This document shows, one piece after another, positions 12,330 through 24,789 of a stretch of 49,721 nt of DNA. The position numbers and the translations under genes were made by a program. Within the stretch, counting starts at the first letter, position 1; each line of letters opens with the position of its first letter. This stretch comes from Psammoneis japonica. Its lineage: Eukaryota. The notes under the pieces were generated by a model. The model saw nothing but the letters and a program-made list of their open reading frames with translations. It did not search any database and was not told the DNA's origin. The stretch spans positions 1-49,721 of the forward strand of contig QPGO01000345.1 in NCBI GenBank assembly GCA_008632985.1, read 5' to 3'.

Positions 12330-13000
12330 TGCTGCTGGTGGGCAACCCACATTGTGCAAGAGAGAACATTTTGATGGCAACTCAACTTGCAACATCTCAA
12401 CAACTCCATGTGCATCCTGGAGGAGGGCTCTTGCCCTCTGAAACAATGCAAGTTGTGCAAGAGGATGTGTGTGCTCTGTGTGCCATCCAAACTGACCCTG
12501 ACCCAACTCTGCATGTTGTCAAAAGGGGGAAAAGGCCAGCTGCAGCAGCATGGGGCACTCAAGTTGGCACACACCCAGCCCAAGAAATTGTCTCATCAGG
12601 GTGTGGCACTCCTCTCCAGGAGGTTCAAACCTTTTGACATGTCTCAAGCACCTGCTGCCATGCACCCCCCCACCTCAACCCAGCCAAGGTGTTGTGTAAA
12701 AGTGCTGGTGCAGACACCCGCTGTGCACAATCAGCTTCACTTTGTGGGTCAACGATGTGGACCATCACTCCCCAGGTGCTCAAAGCACTTGATGGATTCC
12801 ATCAGAAGGTGGTGTGTCATCTTTCTGACAAGCAGGAGCCACGCAGTCTCTCTTGCCTTCCTGATGCCAGGAGAGGGTCACACAGAGCTTCTTTGTGCAG
12901 AGATTGCAGGCTTGTGTTTGATTGGAAGCTGCATCAGGTCCCACAGAGGGTGCACTTGTGGAAAGCATTTCCACCCAACCAGCCACCTGGATCTTTGCAA
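12330..13000 (+). mobile_element. Degenerate non-LTR retrotransposon, post-RT C-terminal fragment
   Basis: H..NSMCILEEGSCPLKQCKLC, LEEVQTF, and LCGSTMWTITPQVLKALDGFHQKVVCHLS (cf. LINE motif LYGSETW.....LKALEGFH.RVAR). Confidence 0.55.
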
Positions 13001-15199
13001 AGGTGCAGAGAGGCTGCCAGGGTCCTCCGCCGGATGCCAGCTCTGGTGTGGAGGAGGAAACACACAGGAGCAGGGGAGGAGATTTTGTCTGCAATGGAAT
13101 GGGTGTGGCTCAGCAGCAGTCTAGCGTGCGGCCCAGGGGGGTGCACCTTCTCTGCTTGGGGATCAACATCCCCAAGTCACAGGCATGGGAGGGGGCTCCA
13201 GGCTCTGGTGGCGAATTGCACTGTGAAACGGTGGGAGCACACTCATGCCGTTGTGGCTGCGGTGTGGTGGCCACAAATTTGAAGGAAGAATGTCGGCCGA
13301 CAAGGGGAGATGACCTCATTGCCCATTGATGACGCAGCTGAAAGTCATCCCCTGTGTTGCCACCATTGAACGCGCCTGAGTTGGCATTTGGAAGCAAGCT
13401 GCTGTTGCTCATTCTTCCAAAGAGCTTCAGCAGCAAGCCAAACACATGGGCTCAAGTTCAAAAAACAGGCTGGCATGAAGGGCCTCCATGAGAATCCCAT
13501 TTTGCAAATGTGGGTTGGCCTGCGCATCTTTTTGCTGTCCTTTCCACCTGTGTTTCAGTGTTGAAATTGTGTGCAATCTGAGAATTTTATTTCTCCCTCC
13601 AACACTGAAGCAAGAGCTGTTTCTTTGTGATGACGACTGTGCCAGCAGCTGATTTGTCTTCAGAATTTAAAGACGAGGAAGATTTTGAAGAACATGATGA
13701 TGCTCCACCCAAAATTGAGAGTGAAGCTTCTGCCCAAGTGAATCAGTGGGGGTGTCAAACGCCACACAATCGGATGAGATGGCAGCACCTGAGGTGCCGC
13801 CTGACACCGCCCCCCCCCTCTTGTCACTTCAGAGGAGCAACCAAATTGTGCAGAATGCAGGGAACAGCTGGGTGAGTTTTTCAAATGCAAGTTTATGATC
13901 AATCAAATGCCTGAATGTGGACATTGCGACAGAACTCACCAAGAAAAGGCAATGACACAGAGTTTGACGTTCTTTTGCAATCTCTGCGTGTTCTTCAGAG
14001 CTGACGGCATTGTCCTCAGTGGTGGCTCAAGTTCAAACAATCAAAGGGCATTGTTCCTCCTCCTGTCTGCAAAATGCAATGGATGTGAAATTGATGAAAT
14101 TGTGAAAGCAGTTGATGCATCAAAACGTGTTGAAGACACCCTGGCAAAAACAGCCTTGGCATCAACTGGCAACAGTGTGAGGCTCAATGCAATTGCTTGA
14201 AGTGAATCTCTCAAAGAACATTTACATTCTGAAATTGGTGTGTTTTCTTGCAAGTTGTGTTGGACACCACATCAAGCAAAACCAAACACTGTTGATGAAA
14301 ATGGGTTTAAGAAGCACTTGTGTGGAGAAAGCAAGACAGGCGCATTTGATTTGTCAAGTTTGTTGTTTAAAACTTCCTCCAAGGGAGTCACCCATCTTTT
14401 GTTTTGGTGCAAATGTGTTTCAAACGCTTGCATGAAAACTTGCACGAAGCATGGGAATCTCATCTTTACGAACAAACTGAGACGGCAATGGATGATGACG
14501 CAGACGACACAACAATGCCGGATCGTCTGAGAGGTGGCAATGCCAGTCATGCGGCGCATCATGTTTTGGGGTGGTTGATCAACAAAGTGCACAATGTCAA
14601 ATTGAGGGGAGCAGACAAAGAAAGTCTTCTTGCCTTTGCAGCTTTCAACGCTGTGAGCCTGGAGACTGCACACGATGCCAAGATGCTGACTCGTTGACAA
14701 CAAAGATTGCAAGCGGCAAAAGCTGGTTTGCATTCATGTGCCTTTTAGAGGCAACATTCATGGCAAATTTCAATGCCAGACAAGTGATTCATCACCAAGG
14801 ACAGGCGCTAAAGAGGATTTTGGAAACAGCCTGAAAAAGCACACCTTTGCGCCAGAAGTTTTTGAAATGTGTGCCGCCCTCCTTCGACTTAAAACAGAGA
14901 AAGGGAATGTGGCAAATGTGCCATGTCTTCCTGTTAAATTGTCACTCAGCACTCAAATCCAGTGACTTGTTGAAACTTGTTTGCAATTCATGGCCAATCA
15001 GCAATGCCAAAAGGTTGGCAACGCAAACTTGCAAAGCTGCAGCACACACACAAGGATGGTGCAAAGTTGTGAATTGCAACTCTGCGTGCACTTTCACCAA
15101 CTGCAATGTACGAAAAAATGACACCGCCACAACACCAATTGCCACAAAATAGATCACTCCATTCTGCAACATTTCCAGGGCTTGAGCATTGCATTTTGC

Positions 15200-17850
15200 T
15201 TGTTGCTTGCCATCACGGCTCTTTTCCAATGCAAGCCCTTGGTGCATGCATTGGAATGTGCCATGGTGGAATGGCTGGTGTTGCCAATTGCACCACGGAC
15301 ATGGCCAAAATGGTGCTTGCAACAATCTTGGTTGGTGCAGCAGAGGAGAGTGGAACATCCCTTGCCAATTGTGCGATGGCACATCAGGGATGCAAACCCG
15401 CAACAGCATCACCTGAAACTGTCTGGTGTCTCATCTGGAATGCAGCACTTTTTCTCTGCAGTCCCATCAGGCCCTGCCAACAAGTCCTGCCATTCTTCAA
15501 TCCATTTGAGGGTGTGCCAAGCAGCTCATCTACGATGGCTTTCCCATTTCTTGGAGTTGCCCAAACCCTCCAATCCTTGTCCCTTCTTGCAGGATCATGT
15601 GAGTTGCAAACATCAAACCAACGATTCATTTTGCAGCACAACTCCCTTGCCTTGCTCAAGACATCAGTGCGCTGTGAGAAAGGGACCTTTGGGAAATCAA
15701 TGGTTGGGTTGCTGCACACTTGGTCAATTACTTTGACCATGGCATTGCTCAACACACAAGCCACAGGCTTGACCTTCATGCGTTGAGCGCGGGACGCTTT
15801 CTTGTTGAAAATGCTTGGACTCAGGTTTCAATGTTCAGCCTGTGCAAACTCATCTCAACAAGACCCAACGGCTTCATGCACATCACCCAAAGTTGAGAGA
15901 TCCATTGGTCGTCCCCCATTGGGTGTCCAAGACAAAGGTTTGTTTCTCATTGCATTCCCAGTGCGCTTCAACAAGTGCAACATGGGCTCCCCGTCCATGT
16001 AAGATTCACAAGCAATCATGCAGTTTCCATCTGGCCTGTGCTGCTCCAACACATCTTGTGGAATGCATTCATTGGCCGGCTTGTTGCACCATCCATTGGT
16101 GTAGAAAACATTCACCCCAGCACAATCAGACACCTCCATCTGCTTCATAATTCCGTTTTCTGCAAGTGCCGCAGCAACCTGATCCATTTGCATCAAGACA
16201 TCGCATGCCTTGATTGATGGATTGTTGTGTGCTCCAGCAATGAAGCTCATGTTGCAACTTGGGTTCATTGATGCAGCACAACAAATGCTGTGTTCTTTGT
16301 TCAACACTGGCAATTCTAGAACTTTCTCCATCTCGTTTCCCTTGCCATGCAGTCCTTTCTCTTCTGTCAACCTGTGCGTGAAGCTGTCAAACAGCCAATT
16401 GACAACATCCATGTTCTCAGGCAGAAGTGCACTGGCTGTCTGATTCTTCTTGTTGTTGTGACGTGCCAACATCATGCCAGGAAGACAAGTCATGGAATCA
16501 AATGCAACCACAACGTCGTTGCATCCTGAAGACTTGCCAAGGTTGTTGTTCGAACACTCTTCACATTGATTTTTCATCATGCCAATCATTTCAAAGCATG
16601 GCCCATCCTCAGTGTCCCCAACAAAATCTGTCATCACCTTCCTGATGCATCTTGGATTGGGCAGGTGCAGCACCTTCTGAAGGGATTCGTAGACCCGACA
16701 GTTTGCATCTCAAAGCAACAAGAGAGAATGCAACAGAACCTCTGTGGCGAACACCAAACACCTTTTGACACCATGCCATCCTTGTTGAATTGTTTCCCTT
16801 GGATGACTTCAAACTGTGCGGCAAGTGTGCGACACTGCAAGGACTCTTCACCAAACCTCTCTTTTGCAATCCATGATGCCATTTCCATCCTGTCCTTCAA
16901 AATCTTTATGTCCATTGGATTGTCAACCTCCTCCGTTGTCTCAGCCAATTCAATCTTGCTTTTAAGCTGCTTGATTTGAAGTTTGAGTCGATTCTTCTCT
17001 GCCTCAGCATGAGCTCTGACTGTCTTCATTGCTTCGGCTGTCTTGTCCACTCCCAGCATGTGTGCCGCCATGCTGTTCAGATGCATGTCAGGCTTGATGG
17101 GGCGGGGCTTGTTCATCTGACACTGAACAGACGCCATTGACTTTGACAATGCACTGCAGCTGCAACACAGTTTAGATTTGCTGCAACCAGAGGTGCAACT
17201 CGAAGACCAAATCACAAGCTCCTCTGGTGAAGAACGATCAATGTAAAATTTTGAACAGTCCTTTCTGTGGGCAAATGCACTAGAGAGCGGAATCTTCTCT
17301 GGTGTCTGAGCAAGGGACACAGTGTGATCTCCGGACCGCTCCTTCATTTTCTCCAAGTTGTCTTGAACAGACATCAATGTTGCTTGCTTGCACTTCTCTC
17401 CACCCCAACCACGGCATGGCATTGAGTCAACATGAAGCTCGTTGGCAACAGGTGCAACCGGAGCTTTCTCCTCAGCAGTGGCGTTTCACCTTGTTGCATG
17501 ACTTCATGGCAGATTGCGCAATGTGAGCATCAACAGACTCAACAAGAGAATCACACAAACCATGGGCCAACAAGTTGATCCAGAATGATTCAATTTGAAT
17601 GTCGGCTTGAGATTTGGGTGCATCGGGATCGAGTTCAAATTTTAATGAATGGCAGTGCCTTTCATTGTCATTGACCTTTCTGCAAAATGTGGCCAAGCCC
17701 TTGGATCCAGGTCCCTTCTGGATTGCATCCGATGCATCACTTTTGGTCATTCCATCTGGAATGCTGCTGTTCTGGAGCACACGGTGAATGTCTCCAGCAT
17801 TTGGCCATTTCCCATCAGAGCTCACCAAGACGTGTGCCATCAAAAGAATG
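15200..17850 (-). mobile_element. Degenerate P-element-superfamily transposase
   Basis: Ordered motifs on the minus strand: YESLQKVLHLPNPR (Y..LR..LP), VVVAFDSM (first catalytic D, cf. FDEM), EVSDCAGVN (second D), MKVKPVACVLS (cf. MKVKLA.QV.S), NRWFDVCNS (cf. FD..NS), TNQDCCKHHFGHVRG (cf. QD.LE..FG.IR). Confidence 0.7.
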
Positions 17851-17959
17851 AGAGCATTGTTGACTCTTTTTTTTAACAGGACAACTGCTTTTTTTTCTTT
17901 CCTGCAGCAGTGCCCTTTTTCTTGCTGGATGCCATGGCTGGACTGCACAAACAAAGATG

Positions 17960-18746
17960 ATGGTTGATGATGTTGGTGTGAGAAAATTGGAAATTCAAAT
18001 GACAAGTGCTGAATCACGTGAAGAAATTGGAAAGTGGCAACACTCATTTGCAATCCAAACTGAAGCAAAAAAAGGAGGAATGGAGCAAAGAAGAAGCTGC
18101 GACAATTTCCATTTGCTCTTGCCTTGTCAAATGCTTAAAAACAAGACTGGAGCACACATGTCCCTACATTGTAACGCTGATGGCGAAACAGTTGAATGAG
18201 TTGGCAACGATGATTTTGGAGGCCATTCTTGTGGGGACAAATCATGCCACTCTTGGACCATTGGAACGGACCGCCATTGGAGCTGTCTGCGCATCAACAG
18301 AGTTATTTCTCTTGACAGATGAAAGCCAAGATTGTGCAGACTTGTGAGAATTCTTGGAAGACTGCATGAGGGAACTAAATGTGCTTGCATCCAGCAACAT
18401 TTTAACTTCACCACAGTCTCTTGTGAATGGTGACACAGCTGTTGCAATGTCTGCAGCAGCCATGTCGTTGGGTGGAGCTGTGCTGAGCTCAATGCAGCCT
18501 GCAGCAAAAGGAGCGGCTGCTTTTGTTCCCAACAATCCAGTGACGCAGTTTGCCAACAGCATGTTTTCATCAACCGCACCCAACACAGCACCCGGCACAA
18601 GTCCGAGTGACTGCAAAGCCACTCCACCAGACACAAAGGATCTTCCACCCTTCCCGAGTGACATCAAACAGCCATGGGATGAAAATGACAAGTTGAAAAG
18701 AGAGCCTGTCCCTGCCATGATGCTGCGACACTTGCATTTGTCATGA
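17960..18746 (+). pseudogene. COQ9: Ubiquinone biosynthesis protein COQ9 pseudogene (hypermutated copy)
   Basis: LKTRLEHTCPYI...ERTAIGAVCASTELFLLTDESQDCADL*EFLEDCMREL matches the COQ9 C-terminal pattern R..L..IY.STEL..L.D.S.D..DTW.FL..R. It has an in-frame stop and Y->C changes. Confidence 0.7.
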
Positions 18747-18750
18747 TCCT

Positions 18751-19720
18751 CTACAACCAAAGAAGCCAAGCCAGCATGGGTGTCTGTTTTCCCATGTGGT
18801 CTCTTGTTTGACTGACCTTCACTGCCCATTCTCCAAAGCAAGTGGACAGGCTTGACAGTTGGGCATTGTTGAGAACCCTTGGCATGACCCACGTGACTTG
18901 CACTTTTTTGTCCACTTGGTCCACACTTCCCTGGATCAATCCCAAGCTGAGAGCGCCCTCATGATTGCCAGCTCAACCTGATCCTTGGGTGTGTGGATGC
19001 ACTCCGCTGCATCCTGAAAGGAAAGAGTCCAGTCAAAACCAGGTTGCTCAAACACCACATTGACCAAGGCCAGAAGGGCAATTTTTTCTTGCAACAAAAA
19101 GAGGCCCAATTGGAAAGAGTGGGCTGCTTTGTAATTTCAGAAGCGTGCTTCTCCAAAATGGCTTGAAACTGCAGCACGTCTTCCTTGGCACTGGCGTGCA
19201 CAAGTTCCATGAGCCAAGCATTGGGAGTGTTTTCCAACTCGTTGAGAATTGGCATTGTGACAACTTGGCCAAAGTTGTAGACACCGTCTCCTGTCAAGGC
19301 TGCCAAACTGAGATTGGCAGCCAACTGGAATTGCTCTTGTTGTGAGAGCGTGTCGAGAGCCATGCAGTTCAAGCAACTGAGCACTTTGTGATGACAAGCT
19401 TCCAGTGGACCAACCGCCTTGCAGTGTGCCATGGCACACTCATGATGAGCTGAGTGAACAACCCTCGTGTCCTGCACAGGGTCCTGCAACTCTTTGAGAG
19501 TCTTGCTGTTGCTCTGGATGGTTTTCTTGATTTGCTGCAGCGCATTGTTGTCTGCAGTTCCACTTGCCTCCACAAGTTTGAGCAACAAGAGCAACAATTT
19601 GGATTCCATGTAGAGTGAGGCTGCTGGACTGAGTTGTTTCTTGTCCTGCAACAAATTCTTGAGAACTGCCTTTGCACAAGTGCCGTCTTGGTTGGAAACA
19701 AAAAATGAAACTTGACTGGC
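18751..19720 (-). pseudogene. PSMD13: 26S proteasome lid subunit RPN9/PSMD13 pseudogene (hypermutated copy)
   Basis: LSLAALTGDGVYNFGQV..PIL..LENTPNAWL and RALSLGLIQGSVDQVDKKVQVTWVMPRVL match RPN9 PCI-region motifs. Frameshifts are present, and the YY pairs read HH/HC/CH. Confidence 0.85.
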
Positions 19721-20239
19721 AATGCCCCCCACACCTGCTTGTCTCAACCACACCTGTGCCCTCCTTTCCAGCTCCATCACATCTCTTGGCTCTTGTGCCC
19801 GTCATTCACCTTGCCCCCCCCCCTGGCACCACACTCAATCATCAATCACCCCAGTGCCAAGACCCCACTTGTGCTTCTGGCTCTGGCTCGCTCCTCTCCC
19901 TTTTGCTCACACTCACCCTTTCCTTCGTTGACCCCGCTGCTGGCCCCAAAGCAGCTGCTGGATTTTGTTCCCCATCCAACATGCCATGCATCTGGTCCTC
20001 AGAATTTGCCCCCAGCTTCTCATCTGACAAGGCTGCTTCCTTTGCCAAGAGGACCTTTTTTGCCCTCCTGCAGCTCAACTTGCTTCTGATGAACAAACTC
20101 AAAGTGTGCTCTTGTGCTTTTGCTGATGATGCCCTGTCCCTCCTGTCACCCACCTCCTCTCTGCTGAGGACATTTGCTGCAACTTTTCATCATTTTGAGG
20201 ATCATTTTAAGTCCAGTCAAATCTCTTCCACCGGGCCTT

Positions 20240-21140
20240 GCATTTTGCCAACATGTCATTGTTTGCAAAGCTTGAGTGCCAAAATTGTCAAGATTGGCTT
20301 GCCCTTCCCATGGACTGAGATCCTGCTCTTGTTTGGCATTCAACAACTCATTTTGCTTGATGGCATGTCATCTCGTGAGGTGGCACAGGTGGTGTTGCCA
20401 GTCAAGTCTGGAGGTCAGGGCATGTCAAATGCATGTCTCTGGCCTGGATTCCATGTTGCTCCTGTGTTTCTGACTGTGGGGAGTTGCCTGTTTGCTTGAC
20501 CCATCAGGACACAGCTGTTGAGACAGACAGCAGGAGCACTTGTCTGCAAAGTGGCAAAAGCTTGCCAAGCAGATCATGCAGTTGATGGAACTTGGGGTTT
20601 GGGGCTCCATTGCACCATCAATGTGGTGCAGCAAGTCTTCACTTGCAGGGCGTGTTGATTTGGCATGCAGTTGACTCACAAGTTCTTTTGTTGTCTTGAC
20701 AGCGCATCTCCCCTTTTTCTTTCTGGGGTGGCTGTCCACCCCAAAAATGGGAAAAAGCTGGAGCGCCATCTTTTGTGGCACTCTTGAGGCAATGTTGCCC
20801 TGTGCAACCAGTTTCTGTGTCAACTGCTGACATTGGTGTGCAGCAATCCTTGTTTGTGCACAAGCCAGTCAATGGACTGCAATGACTGCAGTCGCATTTG
20901 AAGCATTGTTGCATGCTTTCATGTTGTCATTTCTGTTTTTGCACCACACTGCTGCTCTCTTTCTTTCAGATGTCATCTCTCAAGAGTTTCTTTCTTGTCT
21001 GGGGCCCACGGTGTGGTGTTTGGTGCTGCATGTCCCAAGGTTTGTGGCTGGCATGTGCACAGGACCACTCAGGCACGGATCGCCTCCTGTGTGTTTTTTG
21101 TGGATTCATTGCACCCTGACTTGCAATGACACACTGTAAA
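20240..21140 (+). repeat. Hypermutated copy of the repeat at 22450-23385
   Basis: Collinear with 22450-23385, for example gtcaatggactgcaatg vs gtcaatagactacgatg, and ccctgtgcaaccagtttctgtgt vs ccctacgcaaccgatttctatat. Confidence 0.9.
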
Positions 21141-21289
21141 ATGCACATGTCCAAAGTTGCTTCTGGCATTGATTGTTCAATGGGCCAGCCCAAGAGGCTG
21201 TGGGACAAGGTTGGTGCACACCTGGAGCTGAGGACACTGCAAGGCCACTCTCTTCCACCCTTTTGTCATTCTTGTAAAATGACACAGCA

Positions 21290-21560
21290 GCACTTGCATT
21301 GTTGCCAGTTTTTTTGCTTGTGTGGGGTGGACTCCAATCACATTGTCAAAGTCTGCCTTGGTTGCTCCCATCTTGACAGCTGCCACAACACCTTGCAGCC
21401 ACATTGTTTCTCCGGCTTGATCTGTTGCCAGCAGAAGAACTCCGGCCATCTTGTCTCAGTGTCAGTTGCTGTCTGAATGAAGACAATTTGATGTGGTGTG
21501 CATTTCTGACTTTGGAAAGGAGTGCATCATTGGTCAAAATTTAGTCATGCATGCTGTCAC
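21290..21560 (-). pseudogene. Glutathione-reductase-like C-terminal (dimerisation domain) fragment
   Basis: [40 protein letters not shown] matches the GR signature [27 protein letters not shown]. Confidence 0.75.
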
Positions 21561-22291
21561 ATTTTTGAGCATCCTCTTCTGCATGCCCGACAGATGCAGT
21601 TGCTGCAAACACCCCACAGATTCTTCAACATTGCAAACCCACTCAAATCAAAGAAATGACATGACTCTGTTGAAAGCTCTTGTTCTTGTGCAAGATTGAT
21701 GTGGCCACAAAGCCAAGACTTGCACCCTGTTGCTGTTTCAGTTTCTTGGGTTTTGATTTCTTCATCCAAGAACTCTGATGGGATCTTCGATGCTTTCTTT
21801 CGAAACCCTGACAAGTCATGTGTTGCTGTTGGATTGGAGTTGCCACTGTCGTTCACATCCATCTTTGCTGTCATGGCGATCGATCAACACTGCAAACTGC
21901 AACTGCGGTGCAGTGTGAACTGTCGGCATGTTTGATGTTTGAGCTGCTTCGAAGTGTGATGACCTCGATCTCCAAATGGGCTTGCGCTCGCTCGCTCGCT
22001 CGGCGGCAGTTTTCTGCGTCTGTACTTGCGTACGGCTACCGTTGACGAGTTTGGTGGCGGCGGCGGCGGTTTTTGCTTTTTCTAAGTACGGTTACCGTGA
22101 AGCGTACGTAGGAATTCGTAATATTTTTGAAAGTACCAAGATCTCACGAATGTTCTACATACGAAGTGATGGTATCGATTATACAAACATACACAAAAAT
22201 GATAGTGATTGAGAAAATTGGCAACGGTCACGACACAAACCAAAACTCTCGAACGCTTTTTTCTTTCGCGCTCTTCTTTCGCTCACAACTC

Positions 22292-22587
22292 GTCGTCTCG
22301 CACGATGTGTTTGTTGTTTGCCAAGCAGGAACGCAGGCGATCGCCCAGGATGGCTCACCCTTCCTGTGGATAATAGAAAGTCTTCTCTTGCTTGGCAGTT
22401 ATACAACTCATTTTGCTTGATGGCGTGTTGTCTCTCTTTTAAAACTAGTCGTCTCGCACGATGTGTTTGTTGTTTGCCAAGCAACGAATGCCGCGATCGC
22501 CGAGGATGGCTCGCCCTTCTTCTGGAATAGATTGCTCGCTCTTGTTTGGAATTCCACAAATCATTTTGCTTGATGGCGTGTTTTCTC
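22292..22587. repeat. Two-copy tandem repeat, ~150 bp unit
   Basis: gtcgtctcgcacgatgtgtttgttgtttgccaagca...tcattttgcttgatggcgtgtt occurs at ~22292 and ~22448. Confidence 0.85.
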
Positions 22588-23385
22588 AATCGGCGGCGTA
22601 GGTGTTGCCAGTTAAGTCCAGAGGTCGGGGCAAATCGAATGCGTCTCTCCGGCCTTGAGTCCATGTCACTCTCGTGTCTTTGAGCGTAGGAAGTTGCCTG
22701 TTCGCTTGACCCGTCAGGTCACGGCTGTTGAAACAGACAGCAGCGTTCGTCTGTGAAGCAGCAAAAGCTTGCCAAGCAGATCATACCGTTGACGGAACAC
22801 AGGTTTGGGGTTCTGTCGTGTCATTGACATGATGCGGTAAGTCTTCACTCGTAGGGAGTGTTGATTTAGAACGCGGTTGACTCGCAAGTTTTCTTGCTGT
22901 CTCCGTAGTACGTCCCCCCTTTTTCTTTTTTTTGGGATGTTGATCCACCCCGAAAATAGGAAAAAGCTTGAGCGCTATCTTCTGATGGCGCTCTTGAGGC
23001 AACGTCACCCTACGCAACCGATTTCTATATCAACTTTTGACGTTGGTGTGTTTCAAATTTTGAAACACTCTTTGAAACTATTCCAATACAAGTAGAAAGA
23101 CTAAAAGTACAAGATAGCAATCTTTATTCTTGCGTAATGTATTCCGTACGTACGTCAATAGACTACGATGGCGGTCGTAGCGCTTGCGATGTCGTTGTTT
23201 CTGTTTTAGTACTACACCGCTCCCCTCTTTCTTTCAGATGGGGTCCACGCTGGGGTGGTCATTACGGGATGCCCCCAGGCTTGTCATCGATATGTGCTGG
23301 ACTATTGCGACGCTAATCGCCCGCTTCCCTCGGGGTTATGCGAGCCATCTCAATTACAAAGTAGCTAGCTACGATGCTCTGTAGA
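22450..23385 (+). repeat. Unmutated (TA/CG-retaining) copy of the repeat at 20240-21140, probably TE-derived
   Basis: Aligns to 20240-21140 with an extra AT-rich insert of ~65 bp at ~23051-23115. Its reading frames are broken and the family was not identified. Confidence 0.8.
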
Positions 23386-23519
23386 CAGGAACGTAATATT
23401 CGAAATTCCCGAGCGTTCCGGGTTTTGCTCGTGAATGAAGACAGTAAAGAAAACAAATCTAGAGATAGTGCTATGAGATAGCAGTCAACACCCGCAATAC
23501 ACCAAATGAAAAAAGTCTA

Positions 23520-23945
23520 ATGGAGTCACGCAACGTCGTGTCCACGCCGATTTCTAGTTCCAATGGATGTTGTCCAAACCAGAGCTACTTCCGATACCGG
23601 TATCTCAACTACGCCAACCCACTTTCGGAAGAGATGGTGGGCGATTCAATATTCTTTTTGAATGTTGATGGCATCCTCCACGCGATGTATGTCATTGTGA
23701 AATACATTGCTGAGCATGATGCAAATCATCCGTGGCACAGGTATTCTTCAAAAAACCAAGGGCGGTACAAGTTCCAAATGGACTTAGCGCTAGAGATGAT
23801 GAGCCAATGGATCAAGCTTGATTGGAAAGACACGGGAATTGAAGAATCAAAACCAAAACGGATGAGGAAACTTGGGTACATTCCATGCGACTGCAAAGAA
23901 TGCTTCTTATGTAAAGAGGGACTTACCCATGGCATCGGTGGAAGC
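23520..23945 (+). mobile_element. Putative piggyBac-like transposase C-terminal fragment
   Basis: HAMYVI...W..YSSKNQGRYKFQMDLALEMM..WIKLDW...YIPCDCKECFLCKEGLTHGI resembles the Cys-rich tails of diatom piggyBac-like transposases (from memory). No catalytic core is present. Confidence 0.4.
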
Positions 23946-24789
23946 GACGACCGACTCCTCATGACGCAGCAGCAGTTGTTTGCCAGAAGGAAAGAAGCAC
24001 TGCAGCAACTCATCCTAGATGATGTAGATCGTGTTACAGCAAGATTCGGGACAATACCGATGGCGACGTTCCCTCGGCCCAGCTTGATGCACATTGTCAC
24101 AAGACGAGACTCTGGTGCAGCGCTTGCGGGACGCACGGAGCGGCCATTTGCGAATCCTGTTGGCCGGACTACAATCACGACATTGAGTAATGCGATAAAA
24201 TTCAATTTCATATTTGAAAACTTGAAACAGTCACTTACCAGTTGCCAATATCGTGCGACACATGGAGCCGCGCCTAACGAGACCAGCGCAACACAAGATT
24301 TGTCGGTCGGTGCGTCAAAACAAAGCACCCTTATGCTTGCAAAACAATTCCCAGAACACAGAGCACAACAGCATTAAGTCGTATTCTCGACTTTGGTGGG
24401 TGTCATAAAATACAAGGGTCGCTCAAGTACGGAGAAAGCTTCGAAACATAGGATTCATTCGCAGCGTCATGGCGCCGCTGTGATAGCGCACCCCCCTTAC
24501 ATCACGGTATGAACATCTCCAGGAGCACCAACAAATGACTGAAGTATCCCTTATATGTTAAACAAACAGAATAAATCCTGAATATTCATACAACATCGGC
24601 AAAACGTGTGAGAAACGCAATAACACAACTCCCCCAACTCGAAAAATACCGAAGCAACGCGCACAAATCGCTGCATGTAGCACCAAACTCACATCCGAAT
24701 TTACATTGACACACCTCTTCACCTCATCAATTCCAAAAAACAAAACGCAAAGCTTGTGTCAAGGGTATATTGAAGTTTATGTTTCAAAA

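Larger units (their letters stand above)
12325..22020. other. TpA/CpG-depleted hypermutated domain B (nested TE remnants and host-gene copies)
   Basis: Abrupt change after ...tatgttttatgtaag (~12325). TA returns at ~22022 (tgtacttgcgtacggctac). Confidence 0.88.
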
